DNA of 63,431 bases, filler included, from Basidiobolus ranarum (lineage: Eukaryota), in the NCBI GenBank assembly GCA_040143965.1. It is 6 parts of 6 records of this genome, joined end to end, with 100 filler letters (N's around TTAATTAATTAA, not from the genome) between each part and the next. Parts side by side here need not be neighbours in the genome. Positions count along the whole stretch, not along the records: positions 1 to 10,512 come from JASJQH010000698.1; positions 10,613 to 21,111 come from JASJQH010000699.1; 4 more parts are not named here. The stretch is one strand, 5' to 3'. A program made the position numbers and the translations under genes. A model generated the notes under the pieces. That model was not told the DNA's origin. It saw only the letters and a program-made list of their open reading frames with translations, and did not search any database. Within the stretch, counting starts at the first letter, position 1. Each line of letters opens with the position of its first letter. Positions 1-11,402 of the stretch are shown here, in pieces.

Positions 1-765
1 TAGGGGACCGCCACTATCACCAAGACAAATATCTAAATCAAGAGCGCGTGAATGGGCATAAAATAGAAGATTTCAGTCTTACTTATGAATTACTTTCGTC
101 CCCCTCGTCTGTCCCGGCGCAAAGTTCAACGCGGGACTCGAATCCACCCAAAAGAGATTCGCATTTTTTAGACGGATAGATCTGCAAATTAGCTTGTTGC
201 AGAGTTTCGGCTGGTTGTTGTTCTTTCATTCTACCCCAGCCTAGTGCACGAACCCAAGTACCAGGTGTCGAGGCTTTTCCATCATCTAGCAACACCTGGG
301 AGTCATAGGGGGATGGGTTACTCAGCTTCAAAATGGCATCTGGATATGAAAAATGATTAATGACGAGTGACTTGTACGCCAAGGTTATTGAAGATGCCTA
401 CAATCATTGACCAATTTGTTACGATCCCATTCTGGGTGAATGTGAATGGCTCGAATTCCTGTAACAAACCCATTCTCTTCACGTGCAGAGCGAGATCGAT
501 TATGGCGATGAAGCTGGGCCATGACTACCTGTGGAGATGTTGCCATATCCACACAGTGGGCGGCAGTTAGAATTGTCTCTCGATCTAATAGGGTGCCACC
601 ACAAAAGGTAGCCTGTGTCTGGCTGGTTCGAGTGTGAATCATTGCCATCCAAGGGTAACTAAATGGAGGATGCACCTCAGACCCCCCAAAAATTCCAGAG
701 TTAGGGCGTGTAAAAGGGAAAGACTCGCTACATACAACCATCATCAAAAGAAAGCCAATGCGCAT
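1..765 (-). CDS. Secreted S1 (trypsin/chymotrypsin-family) serine protease, 3' end cut by the window/contig start; exons ~765-402, 339-94, 32-1
   Basis: Signal peptide, mature N-terminus IFGG, LTAAHC (His57), spliced NDYAILKL (Asp102), GDSGGPL (Ser195); GT-AG introns at 401-340 and 93-33. Confidence 0.93.
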
Positions 766-1769
766 GTCGTAGGTTAATCAAAGGGAATGGGGTTAAATGG
801 ATTTTTGGTGGGTGAGAGGTAGAATAACCATCTTTTACTAGGGTTAGTCTGGATTTATAAAGTTTTTAGAAGTGGTTTTGGGGAATTCGTTGTATTTTCC
901 ATTGTGAACATTCAAGAAATATCTGAATAAATCCAGATAAACGTACGCCGGATCTCTTATCACACGCAGATATACTAAATATTCCGAAAAATCCTTGCCA
1001 CCCATAGTGTAGTAAACTCAATTTAACGCCTGGAACCTTAGGCTATTGTGTACGCTAATCCTAAATATCGTATGTATTGGATTATGCGTAAATCCTTAGC
1101 AGTGATATGTTAACCTATAATGATCATACATTGATTGCTTAATGAAGGGCCTTGCCTAGCGCTTTTACCAATTGTAATGTACACCATTCAAGTTTGTTGT
1201 CTCAAAACTTCAGACCGGTTATGTAACACCTCTCGGGTTGTTTCTCAGGTAACAATTAACAATAGTGTAATGGCTATTTAATTTCTAACATAAATCTGGT
1301 ACGTAATGCTAACAGGCCTATGAAAGCGGATGTGGCCAGCGATCAATAATAAGTCCATATTTTTGTTGGCTTCAAACTGAGATTACAAAGACTAGCTAAC
1401 TCTGCACCTGGGAGAATATAGACTAAGCACTCTGTCGAAGACTCATAACTAGTGATAAAGGTCGCTTATTGTTAATTCTAGAATCACTGTTAAATCCCAC
1501 TTACATTTAAATACAAGCAGCTTTGGAACTATCATGAATCAAAAGCTGCAACTATAATATGAAACGAAATCAAGAGCACATGAGGGATAGTTACTAAACT
1601 GAGAAAATTCACCACAGGAAGCATTAGAGATATATAAAAACAAAAGATGCAACAAAACAATGTACTTTATACAACATTTAAAATTTTCAATGTTAAAAGT
1701 GTTTTAGTCCTTTACATGATTTCCGCGCTTGAAGCTGCTCAAAAATAATTTCATCCAGCAAAAAGAATA

Positions 1770-1976
1770 CTATTCGAACCGGTCATTGACATAACAGTCA
1801 ATAGCTACATAACTGCAAACTAAAAGACCGATACTTAGACAGATATTCAAGACTCTATTGATGTCAAAATCTGCGGTCCCTTGAGACAGTTCGCTTAGTT
1901 CATCATTTGCTATGCTTTCATATCGAACATCGATGGTGGTAGATTCCGTTGTTTTATCGTGAGTTAGTGCTGACAT
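1770..1976 (-). CDS. Possible small single-pass membrane protein (68 aa), function unknown
   Basis: ATG-started ORF with an acidic N-terminus and a hydrophobic stretch (VLNICLSIGLLVCSYVAI); TATAAA-like box about 50 nt upstream; no family recognised. Confidence 0.3.
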   Translation of the reverse strand: MSALTHDKTTESTTIDVRYESIANDELSELSQGTADFDINRVLNICLSIGLLVCSYVAIDCYVNDRFE

Positions 1977-3255
1977 AGTGGTTAAGGTATGTTGTAAAGT
2001 TTTGGCACCATTTTAGGTATCCTCCTTTATACCATTATCTTCAAGCCTTTATTTCCCATGTGACTAGAAAGCAACTGGTTCTGGCCTTTTGTAGTCCCCC
2101 AATTTCCAATGGATGTTCTATTTGCTGGTTAAAACTTTAATTTATACTATTTCGGGGTAAATATTGATTTGTCACAAATGTTACAGGAGTAGGGCAATTT
2201 CTTGTTGCAAAGTCGTTGGATTAATAGGACATAATCCCTCGATCTGAACATTGGTATTTGGTTAGAAAGAGTTCATTTCGGGGGATTCTTGGTATTTTAG
2301 GTGTATTTTGTCGCTGATTCAGTCGAGTTTTGGGATTTGAACCTTCCAGTTCAGAGGGCCAAAATCGCATCTTTTTATCGGTCTCCCACTTGGTCTTTAT
2401 CCATCTCTTATTCTACAATAACTTTCTCTCGCTTTTCCATTGATTTCTCTTTTACTAAATGTCCTGTCTCATTCGTCTCATTCGCAGTTTTACTGTCACT
2501 TGGTATCTCCAGTATTCACGAATCGACGTTAAATCTTTGCTCATTTCAAACCAAAAAATACTTTTTAAGATGCGGCAGAGGTAGAGTAAAAGGGGATATA
2601 GACATATTCGTTAAGCCTATGGGGTAGGTTTAGGATTTCCAATCCTTCTACTACGTTGTTAATTGGTACATTCGAAGTAAAGAGTGATTTTGTTGTTTCA
2701 TTACTTCAACTTGGAATCTTCGGTGGTCTATTTGTTTGGATTCATCTCAGATCGAATTTTCACGGATAGCCAATTGTCGTCTAAAGTCTATTTCTCAAAT
2801 TGAAATGCTTATCTGGTATTGGCGCACCCATTTGGCCTAGTTTATTAATAATTGTAATATTTTTAGTCATCTTCTCTATTTAATTACCATAGTTAACCAA
2901 TGCTAAATTCCTCCTTAATATAGGGTGGGGATAATCAAAGAAATGGGGCGATGATCACAGAGTGCTTTAATTTTTTTTTAATTCAATGAATGTTAACTTT
3001 CCTGAGTGAACCAATATGATACAAGAGAGAAAAAAAATTCAACCATGAGGAGATTTGGAAATACTGGGGAAATTGGAGGGGTAGAAAATGATACTAAACG
3101 AGTGAAGTGGATGTCTTCGTTCCTTGTTACTTAACCGAACCGAAAATTCATTTGGTATGTTACGAGCTTTGTGCTGAATGAAGCATTTTCACATAGCATT
3201 AGCAAAATAATTATTAACCATATCTATGTATTGATTTTGTCCCTTAAGACTCAAA

Positions 3256-3735
3256 ATGTTCGCCCGTATTGCTTCTGTTAATGCTAAGAGAGCTCTTACC
3301 CGCTCTGCTTCGACAACCTCCACCCCCGCTTTGGCCAACATTCGGGACTCCTGGAAAACTATGGCCCAAGAGGAAAAAATCAAACTGTACAACCAAATTT
3401 TAGAGGCTCAACAGGGTAATTGGAAGGCTTTAAGTCTTGAGCAGCAAAAGGCAGCCTATTGGATTTCTTTTGGCCCCCACGGTCTTCGTAAGCCTCCTTT
3501 GGAGAAAGGTGATGGTATGAAAGTGCTCGCTGGTGTGGTTGCCGTTGTTGCTGTTTCTGCTGGTCTTTTCCAGCTCATTCGTAAAGCTGGACAACCTACT
3601 CCTCACACCTTCACTAAGGAATGGCAAGAGGCTACCAACGAAAGAATGAAGGAGCAGAAATCTAACCCCATTTCCGGTATCGCTTCCGAAGGTTACAAGG
3701 GTAAGGGCTACGTTAGTTTCACCAAGGAAGAATAA
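3256..3735 (+). CDS. COX5: Cytochrome c oxidase subunit IV (yeast Cox5 type)
   Basis: Mitochondrial presequence, WKALSLEQQKAAYWISFGPHG, one TM helix, TFTKEWQEATNE and NPISGIASEGYKGKG motifs. Confidence 0.95.
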   Translation: MFARIASVNAKRALTRSASTTSTPALANIRDSWKTMAQEEKIKLYNQILEAQQGNWKALSLEQQKAAYWISFGPHGLRKPPLEKGDGMKVLAGVVAVVAVSAGLFQLIRKAGQPTPHTFTKEWQEATNERMKEQKSNPISGIASEGYKGKGYVSFTKEE

Positions 3736-3972
3736 ACTCTAGTTTATCACGGAGCATTCCTTGTAATTTCTACCGAGCATTTAGGTTCACTTTTCGTGTA
3801 ACTGTAACACCCTTCACAACTTCTCATTCTCTCAAGCTCATCGTTTTCGCTTCTTTCAAACACACTAGACATTTTCAATTCAAGTAGTTTACTTAACTTT
3901 TTACTTAAAGAGAAATAATACAATATATAAAGCTTGTCACTTATTCTTTGCGTAAGATTAAAATGGATCTAT

Positions 3973-5013
3973 TTATTCATAGAATGTTGACAAGGCAGAG
4001 ATGTCTTGGCCATACTCTAGAATTTCTTGGTTTTCGTCTTCATTCTTCATTAGTTGTGATATCCATGACTCCTTTACATCTATCCTAGCAAATACTGCGG
4101 GTATAGCTGGGTTACAGCTAGCTCCGTAACTAGTGGTACCTACAAGTATTGGTCCTTTGTTGGTGATCGTTATTAGGGGACCGCCTGAGTCACCAAAGCA
4201 GACGTCTGTGTTCAATAGATGAGATATAATTGTTGCTATATGAAAAACATTGAGTTGCTTACTTTTCCCACCACCTTTAGTACCAACACATATAGCTACT
4301 CGCGGATCGAAAGTTGGTAATTGCTTTGAATATTCGGTTAAACATTTTTCCCCAGAAAACACCTCCAAGTCCACCTGCTGTAAGGTCTGTGTGTGTCGTA
4401 GCTCTGAATTTAAACCCCATCCCATAGCGCGTACAACCAAACCAGGTCGAAGGGTGTCTCCTGTATCAAGGCCTATAACAGCATGGATTTGTGCCGGTCT
4501 GACTAGTTTCAATACAGCAACTACAAAATCAAAGGAATAAATTTGATATTGATAGTCAATGGTGATAAGGGGGATTTTTGCTCTAAAGCTTCCAAGAATT
4601 CAATTTAAATCATAATATAAATAAGATTTACCATCGTTTGTTAAAGTTCTCACATTCCAATCGGGGTGAAGATGAATCGCTTTTATCCCTACTACATCCC
4701 CATCCTCTTCGTCGGCAGTTCTTGATAGGTTATGCCGTCTAATATGTGCTATGATAGCCGATGGAGGTATCGGCTTGGTAAAACAGTGAGCAGCAGTGAG
4801 GATGGTTTCGGAGTCGATTAAAGTGCCACCACACAACCCCTGTTGTGATCCAAAACCAGTGGAACGTAAATAAAGAAAAGTCATCCAAGGATATGAAAAT
4901 GGTGGATGAACCTCTGTGCCGCCAAAAATGTGCAGTTGCGGTGACCGATGAGGTACTGCATTGATTTGTGATAGCAGAGTAACTATAACCAGCGATTGAA
5001 ACATTAAAACCAT
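3973..5013 (-). CDS. Secreted S1 serine protease, paralog of the gene at 1-765; exons 5013-4632, 4520-4263, 4205-3973
   Basis: Signal peptide, IFGG, LTAAHC, spliced NDVAVLKL, CFGDSGGPL; both introns sit at the same positions as in the paralog. Confidence 0.95.
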
Positions 5014-5709
5014 CGTCTAGATTTCGTTTTACTATTAGCTTTCTTTATGAATTTGATGTATATGGTAGAAAGTTCCAGTGAATATGTGGGACTAGGTTTT
5101 ATATCTTTGCTCGACGAGCCGGGACATAATAACAATTATTGGATATGCCACTAATAAAGTTACATTTCAAGATACAATCATAGAGTAAAAATGTCCGAAT
5201 AATCCGGGTAACGTAACGTCTCTTAATTCTTTTGTAAGAGAAACCACATAGAGTGAGAGTAATCTCCGGCATTCTCGTTCAACAATCCAACTCCTGCTTT
5301 TCCCTAAATCTAATCAAATCCCAAAATTAACCCCTCTTTATCCATTATCATATAATCTCAATAATGTATATGAACATTAAGTATGCCGATTAGAACACGA
5401 TGCTAGTTCACCACATTGTCAAATAGCTCAAAAGCACAACTAATCCAGGAGAAACTCAATACCATAAACACTTATATTCTTTAATGGTTGTGTTAACGAG
5501 TGAACTCTTCCGATATATAAATCAAGTAAAATCGTAATGAGAAGTCAAAGAAAGTTACTAAATAGTGTACGGCATTTTGAGGCGAAAAAGAAAATATTGA
5601 CGGCTTAGAACAAACTAAACCACATTAGCTACAAGAATTATAAGATGGGCTCAATATTGACTTCGTTTAATTGAGGATGAAGGTATGTGAGAATAGGAGA
5701 GGTGAAAGC

Positions 5710-6451
5710 TTAGATATGTCCTTTCTTGTTTGTTGCAAAGAGCATACGAATTGCAAATACTTGAAGAGATGCGATTCCGACTATGAGAACACATTCAGAT
5801 AGAGAGTACCAGAAAATTCGATTTTCGGTGGATTCAACAGTAGCAAAGTTTCTGTTTTCACGTGTACGGAAATACTTTTGCATACGATTGATGTTATGTA
5901 AAGAGCCACCAATTCGTGTAACAGCCTCCTCGGTAGGATTGGTATGATGATCTTCCAGAGTTTGTCTGTGAGGTAGCATAGCTTTTACTTCATGTTCTAC
6001 GCTGATGTCAAAGTCGACCAATTTCTCAGCAAAAGTGGACATGGTGTTGCTGAAGCAGAAGCTATATTCTCCTACATCATTACCAGTGAATACCATATCA
6101 CCTTGACGTTCCTTTTCACCCTTGGCGACGATACGCAATTTGGGATCCAGAATCTCGTAATCGATATCAAAATTACCTCCAGTTTGTACCTACACATTAA
6201 CAAACTAATTGTAAGCATAATTGCAATTGCACAAAGTGAATAATAGGATGAAAATTGGAAGATATTCTACTTACAGCAAAATAAAAGGACACCTTCTTTC
6301 CTTGCTCATCTACCCAAGCATAGAAGCATGCTTTATCGCTAGCTGGGACCCAATGAGTTAAAGCAGTTGCCTGGACAGTGGGAGTGTATGTAGATAGTAA
6401 AAGAGTAATATAGACACTTAATAGAGTCACGAAAGCGGTGAAGCTCTTCAT
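5710..6451 (-). CDS. p24/emp24/gp25L GOLD-domain cargo receptor (Erp2/Erp4-like); exons 6451-6275 and 6189-5710
   Basis: Signal peptide, spliced CFY...FYFAVQTGGNFDIDY, GEYSFCFSN, RTRENRNFATVESTENRI coiled coil, TM helix and short basic tail. Confidence 0.93.
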
Positions 6452-7293
6452 TGTATATGGATATGTTTACTACAAAATTGACTTCGACCTTTTTCTAACT
6501 TTCAGCTATTAGCTAGCAAGGAAAAAATAGGAGTAAGACCAAGAAGACAATTGTATCTTTCCAAGCACAAGCTTTACAACTGCGACCTAGTCAGATCAGT
6601 TACGTTAGTTCATTGTATCCTTTCAAATGTTACTTGGATCATTTGGATTGGTTCATTTAGCATCAACAATTTGAATATTTATTTCATCACGTGTGACAGG
6701 TTAGTGCTCACTGATTGTAGTTGCTAGCATTGGCTCTTAATTAAATGAAAATGGTGTATTCAGGGATGACATTTGGTATGCACAATATATTAACCTTTTC
6801 CCCACAGCCAACCACAGCACATTGCATTTTTTTGCTCCATGATTACAATTTTTTAACGCAGTGCGACACAGGGGACAGCAGCAATTAAACGAAAACTTCT
6901 ATTCAAGATAAAGCAGTTAGTATTATCATGATGAAAAAGAAAAACTAGGGATTTGTCCTTGTATTCATCTCCTTCAGTCAAAGAGATACATTACCTGCTA
7001 GTCCCTATACACACATATAGGTGGACTAGAGGCAACAGTAAGGAGAAGAACAGAGAGTAGTCCGACTATCAAGGGTGCTGAAGCAGTAAATCTTGCTCTA
7101 TGATGATTCGTTTGATTCGGTGGCTTGACTATTACTCTGGTGCACATCAGTATTATATCGAATGCATAATCAATTTATGTAAGGTGACATTATATGTTTA
7201 ACATCTTGGATATATGTTTGAATAAATGTAAATTCTAAGGTAACTGTGCAATGATTGAATTTATTATGAGAAAATGAGATATCTACTAAAATT

Positions 7294-7896
7294 CTAACTA
7301 ACTGTTGCTTTTTTCCAAATGTTTATGCTAAAGGAGAAATTGGGAGGTAAAATACGAGAGGCTCTAGAGATGAATGAATCTGCGTGTAGAATCCCCCAAT
7401 GTAGAGAGTCTCTTTTAATAATGCCGTATGCACTGGACTCTTTAATTGAGCAACCACCCTTGGTTTGACCCTCTTCAAATGCGTCACAAGAAAATTCTTT
7501 GGATTGCGACAATCTCCACATATGAGGACCATCACCACCCATTCTCCCCCAGTGTTGTGTACATGTTGTAGCATTTCCTTCTTCGGGATGCTTTTCCATC
7601 ACTGACGGACAACTCGTTAGCATGCAGTGACGAAATTGCTCTTCACATAACAACTTTGTCGCTCCACAGGTTTGATAGCACTTTTCTTTGAGTTCACAGC
7701 AGGGAACGTACATTCCACCATAAGAGATACGTATCTTGCTACAACCAACGTCTTCTAGATATTCTACGGGGGAATTGCTTGGGCATACCAGAGGTGGAGT
7801 TGAGTTTATCGGCGGTTTTTGTTCCCACTGAGTAGAGACGAATTGCGACATACTTGCTTTTGCAAGAGTCAATATCAAAAGGCTTGAGATAAGCAT
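7294..7896 (-). CDS. Secreted group-XII-type phospholipase A2-like protein lacking the His-Asp dyad
   Basis: Signal peptide; CCELKEKCYQTCGATKLLCEEQFRHCMLTSC follows the PLA2G12 pattern CCxxHDxCYxTCGxxKxxCDxxFxxC, with HD replaced by KE; 3' end uncertain. Confidence 0.7.
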   Translation of the reverse strand: MLISSLLILTLAKASMSQFVSTQWEQKPPINSTPPLVCPSNSPVEYLEDVGCSKIRISYGGMYVPCCELKEKCYQTCGATKLLCEEQFRHCMLTSCPSVMEKHPEEGNATTCTQHWGRMGGDGPHMWRLSQSKEFSCDAFEEGQTKGGCSIKESSAYGIIKRDSLHWGILHADSFISRASRILPPNFSFSINIWKKATVS

Positions 7897-8703
7897 TGTT
7901 TCTTATTGAACAATATAATCCTACTCGACAGAAGTGGGCTTTATATTAACCTGCCCCCGTTATTTGCATAGTAACATTAAAAGAATTGGCGTCAACCTCG
8001 TTCGAAAACATTCAAAAAACTTGGGACATTCTGGATATTCGTGGATATGCATTGGGAGTATCAGTGCGGATTGCATCAATGCATATGTTGGCAAGTACGC
8101 AAACCTGCAATAAGCAGAGCTTAAAGATCGTCAGGTACCAATTACCACCCTTAAATTTAGGTACAAATCCTAAGAGTGACTGATTAAACTGATGAGTTCA
8201 AAAAAGTGAAGGACTTTACATCAGGTTATTTCCATCATCTTTAGAGTTTAACAAGAATCAATATAAGCCTGCATTGCCCTGGGAAATCGGAATCGAGTTC
8301 TTAGGGAGATCTCCTACTTGCTCCCTGTCCGACTTTCCCCACACATAACATGATTTTTTATACCATCACCATGCCTCAAATATTCACAACTGGAGTAACA
8401 TGTTATTCTGAATTTTAAGTTTGCTAGCCAGTCCTGTGATCACTGCTTTGTTTAAATTACAGCATAGCTCATTGGGGGTGAGATCAATTAATATCGTATC
8501 CTGGGGATAGTTATGGGGCTAACTCGATGAGCTTAGCATATACTCAAATCTAGTTTCCATAGACTTCAATCTTGGATAAAAATTCAAATCTAACTCAAAA
8601 GGCGTTTTGTAAATACTACTCGGATTATTAGATTTTGAATGGCTCAATCATCTCTTCTTTTCTTACTCTTTAACCAAGTTAAATAAAAGGAGCTTATTCT
8701 ATC

Positions 8704-9171
8704 ATGAGCGCTACCGAAAGCTGGAAATATCCTGAACATAAAACCTACACTAAAGTTACGGAAATCGAAGAAGTTGATAAAAATGACCGTGAAGGTAATC
8801 TTTTGGTGTTGGTTTCATATTCCTTTGGAAAGAGTGCGCTCTATATTCCTCCATGACGTAGCACTAAGACATCATTTAATCTTTGTAGCTGTTTTGGCTG
8901 CTCGTAATCAGAGAGTTCGTGAAGACTGGGTCAAATTGATGGAAGAGAGAATCGTGAAGAAAAAACTTCGCGAATGCTATAAGACCCAGGGTGTCAACCA
9001 CTATGAAAACTGTCGCCACCTCGCACTTTCGTATCTCAAGTCTCTTCGTACGAACAAGGTTCGCGGTCCAAGGGAAATCAACGATACTCTAGCTGATGTG
9101 AGTAGATTGTTAACAAATCCATATATGATATTCTCTTGATTGATCAATTTCCTATTTTCATCCAGTTTTAG
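8704..9171 (+). CDS. NDUFB10: Complex I accessory subunit NDUFB10/PDSW (12-kDa subunit); exons 8704-8794, 8889-9097, 9166-9171
   Basis: Spliced product contains REDWVKLME...LRECYKTQGVNHYENCRHLALSY; canonical GT-AG introns. Confidence 0.88.
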
Positions 9172-9279
9172 TCAAGCTATTGAGTTATTGAAAGCGATTC
9201 ACGTCCCACTGTTCCAAATCTATCCGTATTATTAAAGTCGTTTTTCTCGAAAATATTCCAATGTTTTTACGGATACTAG

Positions 9280-10035
9280 AGATTGAAGAAAGAGGCCATG
9301 TGTTTATCGAAGTCTATCCATTATTTCTTGAATTATACTTGAGCAAACCTATTAGAGATGGATACATTTTGGAGGTGAGGTGGGCTTTTCTTATAATAAG
9401 CCGACTCCAATTTAATTACCGTCGAGAAGCCTGCTTTAATATCTTGAAGTTCTTGCTAGAGTTTAGTAGCTTGATTATAAGATAGATATTACATAACGGG
9501 TGCTTTTGATATGGAAAATAAATGTGACTCGTTCTTGTTCTCTTGAGTGAAGTTATCACTTTATATATCTTTTCAGGATAACCGTAAATCATAACGTCGA
9601 CAGTTTGTTATAGGTAAATTATTCCACAAGGAATCCAGGTGTTATAGGTTTTAGTATACTATGCATCTCCCAATGGGTAGCATTTTTAGCACAATGTGTC
9701 TTTATCTGCGGATTATGATGCTGATATCAGGGCACTTTCATCACATAAAGTAGGGTGTGCGATGTTGTTAAACTCCCATTAATGTTAGTGTTTGGTCTAT
9801 GTATTTAAGACTTTTAGAGTATGCAGAGATCAAAGCATTGCATATCACAGAATACGAATAGTCTTTGAATTTCATTATATAGTAGGATAGAAGCATTACT
9901 ACGTTGCATTGCACTTTCTGCAGTTGTTAGATATTCCAACATCAAATTCGGTATTACATATCCTGCAGCGCATATGTCTCTATGGATTACAGGATCTTCA
10001 GACACCCCGTGATTTGGAGATCACTGTCATTCGAA
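9280..10035 (-). CDS. Possible multi-exon gene of unknown function, divergent from NIF3
   Basis: Coding-like segments bounded by splice-like signals (e.g. ctag|QELQDIKAGFST|gtaatt...ctaatag|VCSSIIQEIMDRLR*) plus ORF 9814-10005; no consistent full model could be built. Confidence 0.25.
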
Positions 10036-10186
10036 TATATGGTATGTCTTCCCATCACAGCAGCCTATATAAAAAAAATCGACGTCACCACTTGAGAACA
10101 AAAAAAATCAAGTCGTATTCGGTATATAACTTTGGTCAGGAATATTCATATTAATATTAACTTTTTGTATTAACTCTGCAAAAACT

Positions 10187-10512
10187 ATGTCCCTTTTATC
10201 GAGAGTGATTCGTCGCATGGAGCGCATTGCTCCCCTTACTTTAGCTGACACTACTTGGGATAATGTTGGCCTTTTGATTGGTATTCCTTTTTAAAACCTT
10301 ATAGTCGAGAGATATAAGAAGTTAAGAATTAATCAAAATATCCACTTTTTAGAGGCACCTTTCCCTCGTCAGGCTGCAACTCGTGTATTCCTTACCATTG
10401 ATCTAACCACGCAGGTACTCGAAGAAGCAATGAAGGACGAGAAGGTTGGAGTCATTATTGCCTACCATCCCCCAATCTTTAGCTCTATGAAACGTTTGAA
10501 TATGTCGAATGT
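10187..10512 (+). CDS. NIF3: NIF3 / GTP cyclohydrolase 1 type 2 homolog, 5' part; exons 10187-10280 and 10353-contig end
   Basis: APLTLADTTWDNVGLLIE, LTIDLT and IIAYHPPIF motifs. Confidence 0.92.
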
Positions 10513-10612
10513 NNNNNNNNNNNNNNNNNNNNNNNNNNNNNNNNNNNNNNNNNNNNTTAATTAATTAANNNNNNNNNNNNNNNNNNNNNNNNNNNNNNNN
10601 NNNNNNNNNNNN
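10513..10612. other. Artificial contig-join linker (N44-TTAATTAATTAA-N44)
   Basis: Identical 100-nt block occurs five times; the 12-mer gives stops in all six frames. Confidence 0.97.
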
Positions 10613-11400
10613 AGTAAAAGGCTATGCTCAGAAACATGGCATTGACTATGATGAAACATTTTCTCCTGTTGCTAAGTTTACCTCAATCAGAGTAATCCTA
10701 GCCATTGCTACCCACCAAGGAATACTGATTGGGTAAATGGAAGTCAAGACAGCATTTCTTAATGGAGAAATTGATGAAGATATATATATGGATCACACAG
10801 AGAGATATATTGCAAAAGCAAAAGAACATCTAGTATGCAAGCTACAGAGAAGTCTATATGGTCTGAAGCAGGCTCCAAATGCATGGAATACCAAAATCAA
10901 TCAGATCTTCATGAAACAACTTTTCTATTGTAGCAAAGCTGATCACTGCATATACTTGGGTATTCATTTTCAATCAAAATCTGAGGCCTTAACAACATAC
11001 AAGCACTACAAAGCAATGGTAGAGAAAGAATTGGTTCAAAAGTAAGGCTCAAGAGGAGTGATGATGGTGAAGAATACTGCTCAAAAGACTTTCCTAGTTT
11101 TAGCTTCAAACAAGGATGCAAGCAGTTAACTATTGTACCTTTCTGTCCACAGCAAAATGGAGTATCCTAACATGCTAATATGACCATGGTAGAGAAGGCA
11201 GGATCAATGTTATTTGCTAGCTTCTCAATAGTAGGCTGAATTTGTCTCCACTGAAGTCTATATGAAGATCAAATGCCCAACAAGATTGCTACAATTTTCT
11301 ACTCCATTTGAAGCTCTATATGGATTAAAACAAAGTGTGCATCATCTGGAAATCATTGGTTACACAGAACATTGCCAAATTCTGGCTCAGAAATGCTCTA
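10613..11400 (+). mobile_element. Degenerate Ty1/copia fragments: RT followed by a juxtaposed integrase piece
   Basis: [29 protein letters not shown], then PQQNGV-type integrase text; many stops. Confidence 0.9.
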
Positions 11401-11402
11401 AG

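Noticed and set aside
10557-10568. TTAATTAATTAA palindrome as a biological repeat or terminator
   Set aside because: Always centred in N44 blocks; it is an assembly linker
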